Part shown: one piece after another, positions 63,443-64,000 of the stretch | Layout of the letters: the number at the start of each line of letters is the position of its first letter | Position numbering within the stretch: position 1 is the first letter of the stretch | Source: a virus | Lineage: Duplodnaviria > Caudoviricetes | Virus record (IMG/VR): IMGVR_UViG_3300017700_000552 | Location: 354 to 64,353 of that record | Length of the DNA: 64,000 bases | Direction: 5' to 3' (one strand) | Position numbers and translations under genes: made by a program | Notes under the pieces: model-generated | The model's input: the letters and a program-made list of their open reading frames with translations, nothing else | Told to the model about the DNA's origin: nothing | The model's database searches: none

Positions 63443-63472
63443 GCAATACAATGGAATATCGGGGAGTGTCAA
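63443..63472 (-). promoter_or_regulatory. Candidate sigma70 promoter of the capsid operon
   Basis: TTGACA (63472-63467), N18, TATTGC. Confidence 0.5.
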
Positions 63473-63502
63473 TTTAATTGCATGGCTCAATCCCGATTGC
63501 GC

Positions 63503-63529
63503 AAAGAAAAACCCGGCACGATGGCCGGG
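63503..63529 (-). terminator. Intrinsic terminator after the RyR-domain gene
   Basis: CCCGGC-CATCGT-GCCGGG followed by TTTTTCTTT. Confidence 0.7.
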
Positions 63530-63567
63530 CAAAGTTTGGTGTTGGGAGGAAACCCCACAGCCGGACG

Positions 63568-63921
63568 CTACAGCTTGAGCAATTCCCGCGCAACGGCGCC
63601 GAAGATGTAATCCTTGGCCTTCTGCTCAGCCGGCAGATCGCCGTAGGGCACAAAGCACGGATGCTCCTTCTTCTCCGGATCCTTCACCGGCCCGTATTTC
63701 CAGCCATCGCGCGCCTTCTCGCCGAGCCACGACTCGTGCGACGCGGACGGCCCGGCGCGCGGGTTGCCGGCAATGAACGTCACCCCGGCGAGCGCGCTGT
63801 TGCACTGCCAGTCCGGCGCGTCTTCCCATGCCGGCTGCGAATTGTCGCCCAGGCTCTGGCAATACGCCCGGTTCACCTCGTGGCAGACGCGCGCGATTTT
63901 AGCGTAATCGATCATGCTCAT
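63568..63921 (-). CDS. RyR-domain protein
   Basis: IARVCHEVNRAYC...HESW...DGWKYGPVKDPEKKEHPCFVPYGDLP..QKAKD. Confidence 0.8.
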   Translation of the reverse strand: MSMIDYAKIARVCHEVNRAYCQSLGDNSQPAWEDAPDWQCNSALAGVTFIAGNPRAGPSASHESWLGEKARDGWKYGPVKDPEKKEHPCFVPYGDLPAEQKAKDYIFGAVARELLKL

Positions 63922-64000
63922 CGTTTTACTCTCCTGCGATATCTCGCGATCAGTTTGTCTCTGTCCGGCACCCGAAAGAACGCCAGCGCCATTTCATTCA

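Overview
The window is an almost complete, apparently circularly permuted genome of a GC-rich tailed phage with podovirus-type architecture: portal, scaffold, major capsid, adaptors, nozzle and large ejection proteins, with no tail tube, sheath or tape measure gene. The host is probably an alphaproteobacterium (inference from the RTX gene and accessory gene types). Most genes lie on the minus strand: head module (1-5274, apparently continuing from the right end at 60500-64000), TerL, about 13 kb of small accessory genes with TerS, three DNA methyltransferases, DnaB, a RuvC-like resolvase and a Cro-like regulator. A plus-strand early block (30066-37419) carries an RTX-repeat protein, a KTSC protein and an ERF recombinase. 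It is followed by a minus-strand lysis cassette and virion genes. No integrase, CI repressor, tRNA, CRISPR array or reverse transcriptase was recognised. The main finding is a 318-aa intein that splits the TerL Walker B motif and has no in-frame endonuclease. Its central region is instead the in-register antisense strand of a complete NUMOD4-HNH endonuclease gene, whose RBS and candidate promoter lie in the antisense of the intein C-terminal splicing motifs. Other signals include a four-copy promoter cassette (palindrome plus covarying ANNGC-loop hairpin), a (R/K/Y/F)xxGGxV motif shared by five putative head-internal proteins, a C5-MTase with a nested alternative-frame subunit, an 8 x ~51-aa repeat in a Gly-rich virion protein, and a candidate ~74-nt antisense RNA. 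All family assignments come from motif recognition by eye; no database search was run.
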